In this document: positions 24,750 to 38,329 of the stretch, piece by piece
Layout of the letters: every line of letters begins with the position of its first letter
How positions within the stretch are numbered: position 1 is the stretch's first letter
Source: Chiloscyllium plagiosum
Lineage: Eukaryota
DNA: 64,000 nt
Assembly: GCF_004010195.1 (NCBI RefSeq)
Contig: NC_057719.1
Location: 56,779,187 to 56,843,186, forward strand
Reading direction: 5' to 3'
The notes under the pieces: generated by a model
Databases searched by the model: none
Told to the model about the DNA's origin: nothing
What the model saw: the letters and a program-made list of their open reading frames with translations, nothing else
Translations under genes and position numbers: made by a program

Positions 24750-27640
24750 TGGGGATATACTGGGCTATGAGGTTACAGATTGTAGTTGAATATAGCTACT
24801 GTTGCTATGGTCCTACTTCATGGATGCTCAGTCTTGAATAGATTGATCTGTTTGGACTCTGTCCTGGTGCCATACTCTTCGACAGAAGGTATTTTCATTT
24901 GAAGATGAGACTTCATTTCTACAATGACTATGGTTATCACTCCTGTCATAAATGGTCAGTGCTGTGAGAATGAGATTGGTGATGATGAGGTTAAGTAGAT
25001 TATTCCCTCTTGCTGGTTCCCATGCCACCTTTAACTGGCCCAATTCAGGAACTATACACATTGGAGTCAGCCAGCTTGATGAATTGTGGAGGAATGAACT
25101 ACCCCACCCAATGCACATTCTGTGCTTTTGTCATCCTCATTGTTTCTTGCAATTGGTTTCAACATGGAGGAGCCCAGATTCTTCAGGTGAATTTGGGAGG
25201 GTCAATGATAATAGCTAGTTTCCTTGTCCATGCCACGGGTCCTCATGGCTCTGAAGTCCACTGTTCAGACAGCAACATTACAGTTTACCATTGCGATACC
25301 ACATCTGGTATCCGATACCACATTTGGTATCCGATACCACATTTGTCTCATTGAGACTGGACAGGACAGGAAATACCCAGGGATGGTGATGGCATTGTAT
25401 GGCACATTGCCTGTAAGATATTATTCTATGAAAATGACTATATCAGGCTATTGGGTCTGTGACACAGTCTTCCCAATTTTGGCATAAACCCCAAGATATT
25501 GGTAAAGTGAAATTCTCAATGCTGACAAGCTGGAATTTGCCATTATTATCATACCGAAGTTGACATCAGATGATCAATCTGGTTTCATTACTTAGAAACA
25601 GCCTGGTGAGAAGAAATAGGAAGAACGTACTTCCATTCACAAAATGGGTCAATTTTTAAAATTCAGTTGTGTGACTTGGGCATCCTTGGCTGAGCTAACA
25701 TTTACTGCCTGTCCTTAGTTACACTTGAGGTATTGGTGGTGAGCTGCCTTCTTAGACCACTGCAGTCCATGTTCTATAGGCAGACACATGATACCATTAG
25801 GGAGGAATTCTTGGATTTTGACCCAGTCACAGTGAAGTAACAGCGATATATTCCCAGGTCAGGAATGGTGAGTGCTTGGAGGGAACTTGCCGGTAGGTGT
25901 TCCCATCATCTGTTCCCTTGACCTTCTAGATGGAATCAGTTGTGGATTTTAACAACCCTGTCTAAGGATTGTTGGCAAATTTCTGCAATGCATTTTGTAG
26001 ATAATACATACCTCTCTATTGAGCTTTGGTGATGGATGTGGATGTACTACTAATTAAGTGGGCTGCTTTATCTTGGATAATGTCAAGCTTAAGCGTTCTT
26101 GAAGCTGCACCCAACCAGGCAAGTAGGGAATATTCCATAACACTGCTGACTTATGCCTTGTAGATGGTAGACAGGCTTTGGGGAGTCAAGAACTGACTTA
26201 CTTGCTGCAGGATCCCCAGCCTCCAACCTGCTTTTGCAGCCACTGTATTGATACAGTGAGTCAAGTTTCGTGTCTGGTCAATGGTAATACCCAGGATGTT
26301 GAAACAGGGAGATTCAGTGATAGTAACACCAATGAATGTCTATGGGCAGTGACCAGATTGTCTCTTCTTGGAGATGGTCATTGTTTTGCATTTCTGTAGC
26401 GCGAATGGTGACTTGCTATTTTTCAGGGGAGTTTTCTTTAAGGGAAGGCAATGGCCCAGACTATGAATTTAATACTCTGAGGACCCAGGTTCAAATTTCA
26501 CCACACAGAGAAGTTTGAATTCAATAAAAATCTGAATTAAGAGCCTAATGATCATTAAACCATTGCTGATTGTAAGGAAAAATAACAGCTGGTTCACCAA
26601 TGTCCTTTAGGGAAGGAAAATGCTGTCCTTACCTGCTCTGGTCTACATGTGACTCCAGACCAATAGCCACGTGGTTGACTCTTAACTGCACTCTGGGCAA
26701 AGAGGGATAGGCAATAAATCCTGTCATAGTCAGTGGCGCCCAACTTCCATGATTAACATTAAAAAAAGCTCAAGCCTGGATATTGTTCAAGTCTTGTTGG
26801 ATTTGGATGTGGAGTCACAAATGCTGAACATTGTGCAATCATCAGTGAACATCCCACTTCTGACCTTATGAAGAAGAGAAGGTCATCGATGAAGCAGCTG
26901 AGGATGGATGAGCTTAGGAAACCGCCCTGAGGAACTTCTGCAGAAATGTCCTGAGGCGGAGATGCCTGACCTCAACAATCCCAACTATCCTCCCATGTGC
27001 AAGGTATGACTCCAACCAGTGGAGAGTTTGTTCCCTGATACGCATTAATTCCGGTTTTGTGAGGTCTCCTTGTTGCTACACTCAGTTGAATGTGGTCTTG
27101 ATGTAAAGGGTTGCCACTTACATCTAAACCCTGGAATTCAGCTGTTTTTACCATGCTTGAACCAAGGTTATAATAAGGCTGAGTGGCCTTGGAGGAGCCT
27201 TATCTGGGCCTCATTGAGCAGGTTATTGTTGAGCAGGTGCTGCTTGATAACACTGTTGATGGCACACTCAATCACGTTTTACTAATGATTAAGAATAGAC
27301 TGATGGGGCAGTAATTGGTCTTGTTGGATTTGTCCTGATTTTTGCATACAGGACATAGCTGGGCAATTTTCCACACTGGTGGGTAATATGCTAGTGTTGT
27401 AACTATATCGGAAGAGCTTGGCTAGGGTGCCCAAACTGGGTATTGTTGAACAGGTGCTGCTTAACAGTAAGGTTGACTCCACCTTCTATCTCTTTAAAGA
27501 TGAACGAGAGTGAATTAATTGGATGGCAATCAGCCAGGTTGGATTTATCCTGCTGTGTGTGTACAGGACATATCTGGGCAATTTTCCATATTGCTCAGCT
27601 AGATGCCAAAGTTGTAGCTGTTCAGAAGGTGAACATCAGA
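24750..27640 (-). mobile_element. Cluster of old CR1/L2-group LINE fragments, interrupted by a SINE
   Basis: Antisense fragments such as EPARGNNLLNLIITNL...RSDNH and VENCPAMSCMQKSG; heavily decayed. Confidence 0.55.
26460..26765 (+). mobile_element. tRNA-derived SINE, probably Meta-domain type
   Basis: B-box-like caggttcaaatttc; core ctggttcaccaatgtcctttagggaaggaaaatgctgtccttacc...tgtgactccagac, repeated at 29535-29820. Confidence 0.6.
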
Positions 27641-27689
27641 TGAGCATTAGTTCAATGGAAGGCAAGGCTGGGGACTAAGACAGATGAAT

Positions 27690-28405
27690 TGAACACAAAA
27701 GATTTACAAGGGGATGTTGCCAGGGTTGGAGGGTTTGAGCTATAAGGAGAGGCTGAATAGGCTGGTGCTGTTTTCCCTGGAGCGTTGGAGACGGAGTGGT
27801 GACCTTGTAGAAGTTTAAAAAATCATTTGGGGCACGGATAAGGTAGATAGCAAGGTCTAGATTAGAGTGGTGCTGGAAAAGCACAGCAAGTCAGGCAGCA
27901 TCCGAGGAGCAGGAGAATCGACGCTTCGGGCAAAAGCCCTTCATCAGGAATAGAAACAGGGTGTCTATTCCTGGAGCAGAGTGGAGATGCATAGAGATGC
28001 TACTTTCTCCCCACTCCCACCCCCCCTCTCATTTATCTCTCCACTTTTGCCCGACACATCGATTTTCCTGCTCCTTGGATGCTGCCTGACCTGCTGTGCT
28101 TTTCCAGCACCATTCTAATCTAGACTCTGGTCTCCAGCATCTGCAGTCCTTGTTTTTACCTAAATAGCCAAGTCTTTTCCTTGGGGTGGGGGAGTCCAAA
28201 ACTAGTGGGTAGAGGTTTAAGGTGAGAGGGGAAAGATTCAAAAGGGACCGAATGGGCAGCTTTTTCATGCAGAGGATGATGCGTGTATGGAGTGAGCTGC
28301 CAGGGGAAGTGGTGGAGACTGGTACAATTACAACATTTAAAAGAATCTGGATGGTATAGGAAGGGTTGAGAGAGATATGGGCCAAATGCTGGCAAATGGG
28401 ACTTG
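27690..28405 (+). mobile_element. CR1 3' fragment split by a palindromic Penelope-terminus insert (27859-28160)
   Basis: CR1 ORF2 C-terminal sequence on both sides; degenerate TSD tagatagcaaggtct / taaatagccaagtct at 27844-27858 and 28161-28175. Confidence 0.8.
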
Positions 28406-29029
28406 ATTTTCACTCAGAAGATAGTGAAAGTCTGGGTCTTACTTCCTGAAAAAGTGGTGAATGCAGAAATTTTGAGTGGACTTAAAACATTTGGGTATGC
28501 ATTTAAGTCCAACTACCTACAAAATTACAAACCAAAAGCTAGAATGAGGGGGGAGAGGGGGATGTATGATATTAGATTAGTTTTTTTGACAGACACAGCC
28601 ACATAGGCCAAATGATTTCCTTGTGTGCTCAAAGCACATTTTGATGTTAGTAGCAGATAGATGGAGCAAAAATAGAGGAAGAAAATAAGATGAGGAAGAA
28701 GGTTGATCTTAAAACATCCTATAAAGTGCTTTATAGGTAATCAATTAATTTTAAACTACTGTTATGTAGGCACAGCTGGCAGCTAATATTTTCTCACCAG
28801 GCTACCACAAATAGGATTTGAAATTAATAGTAATTTAAATATTTTTGGCGGTCTTGATTGACATGAGTATTGACATGGACAACACTTCATGTCCACCCTA
28901 GAAGACAGATATAGCTGTTGTTTAACATCTCATTTGCAGGTGAACACTTCCAATAACGTAGCAGCCCCAATTTCAGCTTACAAATTCTCAGCTTTTAGAT
29001 TTGGACAAGATTGGACAAAATATAAAACA

Positions 29030-30580
29030 AAAGCAAAGAATGACAAAAACATCACTAAGAAGGAAACATTATAGTACAAGAGAATGCCAGAAATATAAAA
29101 ACTGGTCGTAAGAATTTCTACAGATACACTGAGACAGCACTGGCTCAATAGAAAGTGAGTCTGGGGGATTAACAATGGAAAATGAAGAGATGGTACATGA
29201 ACTGAACACATATTTTGTATCTGTATTCACTATAGATACTACAAGTAACATCCTGGAAATAGATGTATATCAGGAAATGAAAGGGAAAGAGAAACTTAAG
29301 AACATTACTTCACCAGGGTAGTGGCACTGAGCAAATTGTTGGAATTGTGAACTTAAATCATAGGTTAAGCGAGTGGACAAGGATCTGACAAATGCAGAAT
29401 AATGCAGGAAAATGTTAAACTGCCTACTTTAGTCGAAAGAATAAAGAGAAGTCTATTATCTAAGTGGTGAGTGATTACAGGGCTCTGAGGGATCTTAAGT
29501 GTCCTAAAACATGATTTACAAAAGGTTAGTATCTAGAATTAAGACTTTACTGATGACTATGAAACCATTGTTAATTGTCAGAAAACCCATCTGACTCATT
29601 AATGTCCTTCAGGGAAAGAAATATGCCGTTGTCACCTCGTCTGCCTGACACGTGATTCCAGCCCACAGCAATGTAGATGACTCTCAACTGCCCTCTGAAG
29701 TGGCCTAGCGAGCCACTCAGTTATATAGGGCAGTTCACTACCACCTTCTCAAGGGCAACTAGGGACAGGTAGTAAATGCTGGCTAGCCAGCAATGACCAC
29801 ACCCAACGTGTGATTATGAAAAAAATACAATTTATAATTTATTGAGTGGAATTAAATATAAAAGCAGGGAGGTTATACTTCTGTTATATGGGCATTATTG
29901 AGACCACATCTGGAACAGTGTGTACAGTATTGACTTCCATACTTAAGGAAGGATGTAAATACATTGGAAACAATTCAGAGAAGGTTTACTTGGCAAAAAA
30001 CCTAGAATGGGTGACTTCTCATAGGAGGAAATGTTAGACAGACTGGAATGGTTTCTGCTGGAGTTTAGAAAAGTAAGAGGCTATTTGACTGAAACATAAA
30101 GATCTTGGATGATGGAAGGATGTTTCCTCTTGTGGGGGTATCTAGAACTAGAGTCATTATTTAAAAATTATGGATTGTCTACTTAAGATAGAGTAAGGAG
30201 AAACAAAAACAGAAATTGCAGGAGAAAGGATTCTGAAGTCGTCTCACTGGACCAAAAACATTTTCTCTGCTTTCTCTCTACAATGCTGCCAGACCTGCTG
30301 AGTTTCTCCAGCCATTTCTGTTTCAGACTTCTAGCATCAGCAAATCTTTGTTTTGTTTTAGAGATGAGGAGAATTTGTTTTCTGCCAGATGACTGTGGTC
30401 TTTGGAACTCTCTTCCTTGAAAAGGGATGTAAGTACAGTATTCAAACATCTGTAAGGTCGATAGAATCTTGATAAGCAAGGGGGTAAAAAGGTCATCACA
30501 AATAGGCAGGATTGGGGCAAAATCCGCTCATTCATGATCTTTATTCCATAAGGGAGCATGCTCAAGGGACCCATAGCCAT
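29030..30580 (+). mobile_element. Decayed CR1 with nested SINE (29535-29820) and Penelope-terminus palindrome (~30195-30360)
   Basis: gaactgaacacatattttgtatctgtattcac, gagaccacatctggaacagtgtgtacagt and CR1 3' UTR remnants. Confidence 0.6.
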
Positions 30581-31248
30581 TTGTTTGTAAATAAGATCAC
30601 AAACCCTTGTTCTTGTGATTCACGGGTTGTAGTGCTCGTAACTCAAAAAGGTGAGCCAGATAATAAGCTTAACAAGTGTTAAACATTCACTCTCATAAAA
30701 TAATTAAACACAGCAATTCAGAGAACTGTATGTCCTACAATGAATGAATTCTTCCCTCTTATGAAAGTCGTCACTCTCTTTTGATCACAGCAGGAAGTGA
30801 GAGAAAAACACCAAATAGATGTCCTGGATTTAGACTGAAGTTTATGGTAGTAGCTCCAGTACTTCATCAACAATATTGATGAACTACTGTAAACAAAACA
30901 CATTTCATGATACATGGAGATAACAAAAGAAAAATCACAAGATACTTATTTAAAAAATACACAATCCGCAATATTACCTATTGCCTATCAAAAGGAAGGT
31001 ATTCACAAAATAAACTCTCATATGTTAACAAAGAAATGTTAATCTGTGAAAGGACCATTTGATTGAAGGCCCAATTCTAAAATCCACACGATGATTAAAG
31101 AGAAATCCTAACATTTAAGAAGTGGCAAAAAATACTAGTCGATATCTTGGGTACATTTCAACTTTTTTGTCCTTTACATTCAAGAAAGAAGTAAGGAAGT
31201 AAGATATTTGCTGGGATAGTTCGATAGACAATATGAATCCCTCTAGTA

Positions 31249-31456
31249 CAGGTAGTTCGTCAGTGCGAATTGGCTATAATGTGACTGATGAATTGTTGAC
31301 TTTGCTTGCATAATGCAAACTTTCTGAACAGGTACAGCAGTTTTTCATGGTGCGATCTTCTACAGCGCGATTCCTGTAGCGGTTTCCCATAACACAATTT
31401 TCTATAGCGCAAGGTTGCAGAGGAACACAACTGTCGCATTATAGTAGAACAACCTG
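31249..31456. mobile_element. Tc1/mariner (pogo/Tigger-like) MITE
   Basis: TA|CAGGTAGTTC ... GAACAACCTG|TA: 9/10 terminal inverted repeat, TA on both sides, internal degenerate ttctaYagcgc repeats. Confidence 0.65.
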
Positions 31457-32157
31457 TATCTTAAATGGCTCTGCTTCATGTATGCACATAGAAAATGAAT
31501 CCCAATAGTGTCAACAATCTACTGTGTTGAAAATGATTGCTATGTTGTGGAGGAATCTCATGCTTTAGTGCACAAAATAAGAGACAAATATAACTTGATA
31601 ATTATTTTGTAAGGATCTTATTATAAATCATCTTGCACATTTCAATAAAGGGAACTATACTTTCCTGGACATTAACATCAATACAACTGCTGCTGTTTAA
31701 AGAATAAGTAATAAACTAGAGGCTAGTTCACGGTGTCAGGTATATACTGAGAATTTCAGAAGTGGCATGATTTCTCCAAGCGAAAAAATCTTGAAAGCAT
31801 TATTTGATGTTTTCTTAAATACAACCTGATTTATTTTCTAAGATACATGGAAATTCACAATTGCAAGCAGAGCTGAGGGGATTATACAATACTATTGGCT
31901 GGAAATAGGAGACAAAGGTCTGCCATCCCTTGAAAAGGAGAAAGAGCTTTGAAGGACATGTGATTGAGTTTGAGGAACTTGATGCTGTGTTGATTGTCCA
32001 ACCAATTTGTAAAGTCTATCTTAGTTGTATTTGCTACTTAACATGTAATTGAAAGCTCATAATTATTTATAAATTGCCTGCTCACTTAACTGATGTTGAT
32101 TCTGGATGCGAGATTGTAGGAAATTAATCATGATAGTATTCAACATTTACTTTGTTA

Positions 32158-32523
<366 letters not shown>

Positions 32524-32744
32524 TTAACGAGGCAAAAAAAATCTGTATCTTACATTAATTTCAATTAATGCAATGTTCAATCATCTACTTTCTGTAAAAT
32601 ATACAGATTTGCTTTATGTGTAAGTTGAGTTAAACAATTATCACCAAACCAAAGGAAAATCACAGGGAGATTTTGCCCTTCAAAACGTGGAGCTACAACA
32701 CATTCCCTTGCATCTCTGGCTTTGTTTGTTATTGCATTTCAATT

Positions 32745-33240
32745 CTCTATAGGAAAGATGTTGTGAAACTTAAAAGGGTTCAGAAAAGATTTATAAAGAT
32801 GCTGCCAGGATTGGAGGGTTTGAGCTATAAGGAGAGGCTGAATAGACTGGGGCTATTTTCCCTGGAGCATTGGAGGATGATCTTATAGAGGTTGAGAAAA
32901 TCAAGAGGGACATGAATAGTGAATGGTCAAGGTCTTTTCCCCAAATTAGGGAAATTCAAAACTAGAGGGCATAGATTTAGGGTGAGAGGAGAAAGACTTA
33001 AAAGGGACCTAAGGGGCAACTTTTTCCACACAGAGGGTGGTGAATGGATGGAATGAACTGCTAGAGGAGGTGGTGGAGGCAGATACAGTTACAACATTTA
33101 AAATGTATCTGGATAGGTATATGAATAGGAAGGGTTTAGAGGGATATGGGCCAAATCCAGGCAAGAGAGACTAGATCAGTGTAGAATATCTGGTCGACAT
33201 GGACTGAAGGGTCTGTTTCTATGCTGTACATCTCTGTGAG
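32745..33240 (+). mobile_element. CR1 LINE 3' end
   Basis: YRKDVVKLKRVQKRFIKMLPGLEGLSYKERLNRLGLFSLE followed by the 3' UTR. Confidence 0.85.
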
Positions 33241-33432
33241 CCTTAAGGGAGTAATGCACAAAATTTCCAAACCCACGACCTCTACCACCGAGAAGGCCAA
33301 GGGCAGTTCAAACATTGAACATGGTCTTCTACAAGTCTTCCTCCAGGTCATACAGCATTCTGACTCAGAAATAGAATATTGATTCCTCATTGTCACTTCT
33401 TCTACCTAATTGCACTGTAACTGCATTTCATT

Positions 33433-33626
33433 TGGAGAATGTGAGGACTGCAGATGCTGGAGATCAGAGTCGAGAGTGTGTTGCTGGAAAAGTACTGCAG
33501 CTCAGGCAGCATTCAAGACGCAGGAGAATTGACATTTTGATGAAGGGCTTATGCTCAAAACATTGATTCCCCTGCTCCTCAGATGCTGCCTGACCTGCTT
33601 TGCTTTCCCAGTAATACACTCTCGAC
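33433..33626. mobile_element. Palindromic Penelope-terminus mini-element, 14-bp TSD
   Basis: Inverted arms gtcgagagtgtgttgctgg... / ...ccagtaatacactctcgac; TSD aactgcaYttcatt at 33419-33432 and 33627-33640. Confidence 0.8.
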
Positions 33627-35228
33627 AACTGCACTTCATTGCTTACAATGGTTCGAGGAGGTAGATTATCATGACCTTCTGAAACAAAATTAAGGAATAC
33701 TGGCCATACTAGTGATGGTCACATCCAATGATTAAAAAATTATTTAAATTGTGTGTGGAGGGTACACACGCGTTGACATTTCTACTGATCAAAGCGAACT
33801 GAAGGGTGAAATGACAGTTGTGTGTGTGTCAAAATTAAATAATTTTTAGAACATGAGCATTATCTTAAAATTAAGTAATAGTGAATGTGTCACATCCAAA
33901 TGAATTTTCTCCAAATTGTAAGGTAACTTGTGAAAATGCCTTAAAAATGAAGCCAGTTAGAAGCAGCAAAAACACTCGTCACTTAATTCAATTAAGTCAC
34001 TTATCACTTGTCACTTAATTATCTCACAGGAGTACACAAAAAGGTTATTCACTTAGCTAACTTACAGTTGAAATTCAAAAACATTGGTTATACATATGCA
34101 AACAACACAGGAAAGACTGAGATTATACTATACACTATAGTTTTTTAATAATGAATTCAAGAAAAAACTTCAAATATTGATTTTGCTATTTAATGTTCAG
34201 TGACAGTTTTGTACAATGCTTTAGTACTGAATGAAAACCACAACATTTCTGGTATTTTTAATATAGTAAGATGTTCCTCATGATGCATGCTTTCCCTTGT
34301 TTTATGAACTTAAAAGGCCGGAGCTTCACAAGCATCTGCAAACACCAGTTGTATGAAAGACCTTCACTGAGAAAAAAATCTAGAAGTAGCTACATGCCCA
34401 GGTGTAGAATGGCCTAGGCCCTGGAGTGGTCAGGCCAATCACTTTTCTTAGGCAGTTCTTCAGGGTTGAAGGTAACTTGTTTCCACTCGGCCTTGAGTTC
34501 TGAAATAGCTGGTTAGTTCAATGCATGACCTGGAGACTCTGCCATAAGGTGCTTGGTGGATCAGATAGATAAGCTGTTTTGAGATTTGCTTGCTCTCTCA
34601 AGTACTTTGACTTCATCTCTTCACTCTGGATGAAGTCTCTCAATGTGCTAGCTGCCTTCATGAATAGAGTGTTCTCTATTTTGATCAGTCACAAAGTAGA
34701 GACTCCCACGAGTCAGCAGGGAATTCTGACCTCTTCAGGGATGTTTTAAGGACATCCGTAAAGATTTGTTATCCTCCTGGGGATTTCGACATAAGAATAG
34801 TTGCTTTGGAAATGAGAAATCTGGCATATAAATGAAATGTTCTGCCCAATGACACTAGTTTTAAGAGGATTTTTTTGAAAATATGGTTCAGTTCACTTTA
34901 ATAGCTGAATTATACAGGTTAACAGCATCAGAAACAATTACAGCTTGTGTTAGAGAACATAACTCAATTGGGTGATGAGCAGACTTTTCTTCTAGTTTTT
35001 GAATTTGGGGTATTCCTTTCAATTATGACTTTTCAGTTCATTTACAGTACATTTACCCCTTTTTTGGTATATGGCAATGAGTCGCATCAAAAAGTTGTCA
35101 TACAGAATGCAAAGATACAATGAAGAAAGATGTGAAGTGTTTCTTGTTTTAATGAATGTATAAAATTTATCTGACGGATTAGTGAAACATTTGAGCCTGA
35201 AACACACCAATTACTGCAGAAAGACTTA

Positions 35229-35384
<156 letters not shown>

Positions 35385-37167
35385 TCATGGTACCCTGCTG
35401 ACAATCATTAATTGAAACATCAGCAGTACCCAAGAAAAAATTTATAACAATTATCTGTTACATTACTGCTAACCTAACTAAACTGTTTCAGTAAAATTGG
35501 CACTAACCTCCACCTGACAATTTTAAGCTTGCCCCACTCTATCTGAAAAAATAGCATTAACCAAAACTGGTTTATTATTGACCTATCTACCTCCTTCCAA
35601 ATATTAATACCAGAATTCTGACATTACCATAGCTTTGATCCAGCCACAGGCACACAAATGTTAATTTCAGAAGAAAGACTATTTGCCCACAATGTCAAGG
35701 TGATGCCTTTGTCCGACTCCGTTAAGAATACAACTTCTAGGTTGGAGGTTCAAGTGCTTAATGCATGTTCAATGGAATCATCTGATTGAGCAAATAATAG
35801 GCAACCCTGAAGTAGCTGCAGTTTAAGTAGCTGGAGTAATTGCAGTTCCAAGTCTTTATTTAACGATCTCAGAACAAGAAGGATGAGAAGTTGAAAAATA
35901 GACAACCTATGACTGAGCTTTTATGAGAGGCAGCAAGTCCAGCTTTGTAAATAAATGATTCAAAATATTTATCAGTTCTCTCAAAAGAAAAGTGAAAAAG
36001 TAGTTTGCTAAAATGGGAGTTTGCTGATAGATACAAAATTTCTGGGAAAGAGCTATATAAGTACATTAGAGATACAAATGATTAATAGTGCTTATAGAAT
36101 TAAAGAGGTATGCTAAAGGTACAAATGATTAGTTTGCATTTAACCATGGCAAGAATGTTGTCATGCAGTTAGGCTGTGTAAGTTAGGAAGTTCCTTTGTT
36201 TATGTTATCTAAGTCTTTCTCACAGGGGAAAAGAAGCTGAAAAATTTGTCTAGCTTTAGAATAGAGGAACCAATCTGCCTAGCTCTTCACAGTGAAAGGC
36301 AGTTACTCCTATGGAAGGAAGCAGATGGGCTTCACGGCATGTGCTAAGCTAAGTATGAACAGAGAAATTCACAGTTTTGACATTTGGAAGATAATGTTGA
36401 AGACTGCTTAGCCAAGAACTAATGGAAGGACCCCTATGAAATTTCACACCTTGGAGAACAGCTGGAACACTGAGGGGAAACTAAAGTGAATTCCAGAGGG
36501 TTAGGCCACATCCTTCATCTCACAAATACTCAATAAACTTTCAAGAATTTTGTCATGATAAAGGGAATTCTTACTGAGAAATATAAGTAAAATGGAGTTT
36601 GTAGCAAAACGAGCTGTAGTGGAACTTTCTACACTTAATTTCTCTTGATATGAAGTTAATTCTTATATAAAAGTGAAACGTCTTGTGCAATTAATCTTTG
36701 GGTAATTGCTTTCCAGTTCAATGTAACTGTCCCCAACGTGATGGTAACACAGGGAAAAACTGGTTGCATTGCAGAGCTAATGATCCCTACCTATAAAGAA
36801 AGATTTGGCTGTGGCTGACAGAGGCAGGTAATCAGTTGTACGGCATTACTTCCTGAAGTATGAATAGTAAACACAAGCAAAAGCACTGAGCTAGAACTGG
36901 ATTGATTGTAGATTGCAGAATGTAGATTGGAGGGAACTGGACCTACAGGAGACAATTATACTCTGGAGCAGGCTGAGTTTGAAAAATTGACGAGTGACAT
37001 TGCAAGAAAACCACATGTTTGTTGGTTGAAGTTCAGGAGACAGAGGATTGTGGGACAAACAGCCAGCCACACACTAGTGAGAATTTTTTTACTGTACAGA
37101 CATCAAAATGAAAACTGGTCTTTAGATTAAGTCACATTTAAAGTAGAAGTCATAAGATAATGACCCA

Positions 37168-38250
37168 AGAACACAGAACAATACAGTGCAGAGTGCCCTT
37201 TGGCCCTTGATATTGCGCCAACCTGTGAACTATTCTAAGCCCATCCCCCTGCACTATCCCATCATCATCCATGTCCTTGTTTAAATCTCCCTAATGTGGC
37301 TGAGTTAACTACATTGGCAGGAAGGGCATTCCTCGTCCTTACCACTCAGGAGTAAAGAACCTGCCTCTGACATCTGTCTTAAATCTATTACCCCTCAATT
37401 TGTAGCTATGCCCTCTCATATAGGCCGATATCATCATCCTAGGAAAAAGACTTTCACTGTCTACCTTAACTAATCCTCTGATCATCTTGTACGACTCTCT
37501 CAAATCCTCTCTTAGTCTTTTTCTTTCCAATGAGAACAGACCCAAGTCTCTCAGCCTTTCCTCATAAGACCATCCTGATAAATCTCCTCTGCACCTTTTC
37601 CAATGCTTCCACATCCTTTCTGTAATGGGACGAACAGAACTGTACACAATATTCCAAGTGCGGCCGCACAGTTTGTATGGTTGCAACATGACATTACAGA
37701 TCTGGAACTCAATTCCTCTACCAATAAAACCTATCACACCATATGCCTTCTTAACAGCACTATCATCCTGGGTGGCAACTTTTAGTGATCTATGAACATG
37801 GACTCCAAGATCCCTCTGCACATCCACACTACCAAGAATCTTTCCATTGACCCAGTATTCAGCCTTCCTGTTATTCTTCCCAAAGTGAATCACCTCACAT
37901 TTATCTGCATTGAACTCCATTTGCCACCTCAGCCCAATTCTGCAGTTTATCCAAGTCCCCTTGCAACCTGCAACATTCTTCCACACTATCCACTACTCCA
38001 CCGACTTTAGTTTCATCTGCAAACTTACTAACCCATCCATCTATGCCAGCGTCTAAGTAATTTATATAAATGACAAACAGCAGTGGGCCCACAACAGATC
38101 CTTGTGGCACTCCACTAGTAACCGGACACCAGGCTGAATATTTTCCATCAACCACCACTCATTGCCTTCTTTCAGAAAGCCAGTTTCTAATCCAAACTGC
38201 TAAATCACCCTCAATTCCATGCCTCTGCATTTTCTCCAACAGCCTACCCT
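37168..38250 (-). mobile_element. CR1 LINE, RT C-terminal half to 3' tail
   Basis: VTSGVPQGSVVGPLLFVIYINYLD...KFADETK; WQMEFNADKCEVIHFG; RFFT. Confidence 0.92.
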
Positions 38251-38329
38251 TATTTATATTTAACATTCTTTTACTACAGAAAGTAAATGAAAAAGGGAAC
38301 AGTTCAAAGGTAAGGCATGAGACAAAGCT

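Noticed and set aside
25294..25345. CRISPR-like palindromic repeat
   Set aside because: No spacers, 19-bp unit and vertebrate context.
27225..27620. Diverged ~200-bp tandem duplication
   Set aside because: Two decayed fragments of the same LINE region; unremarkable.
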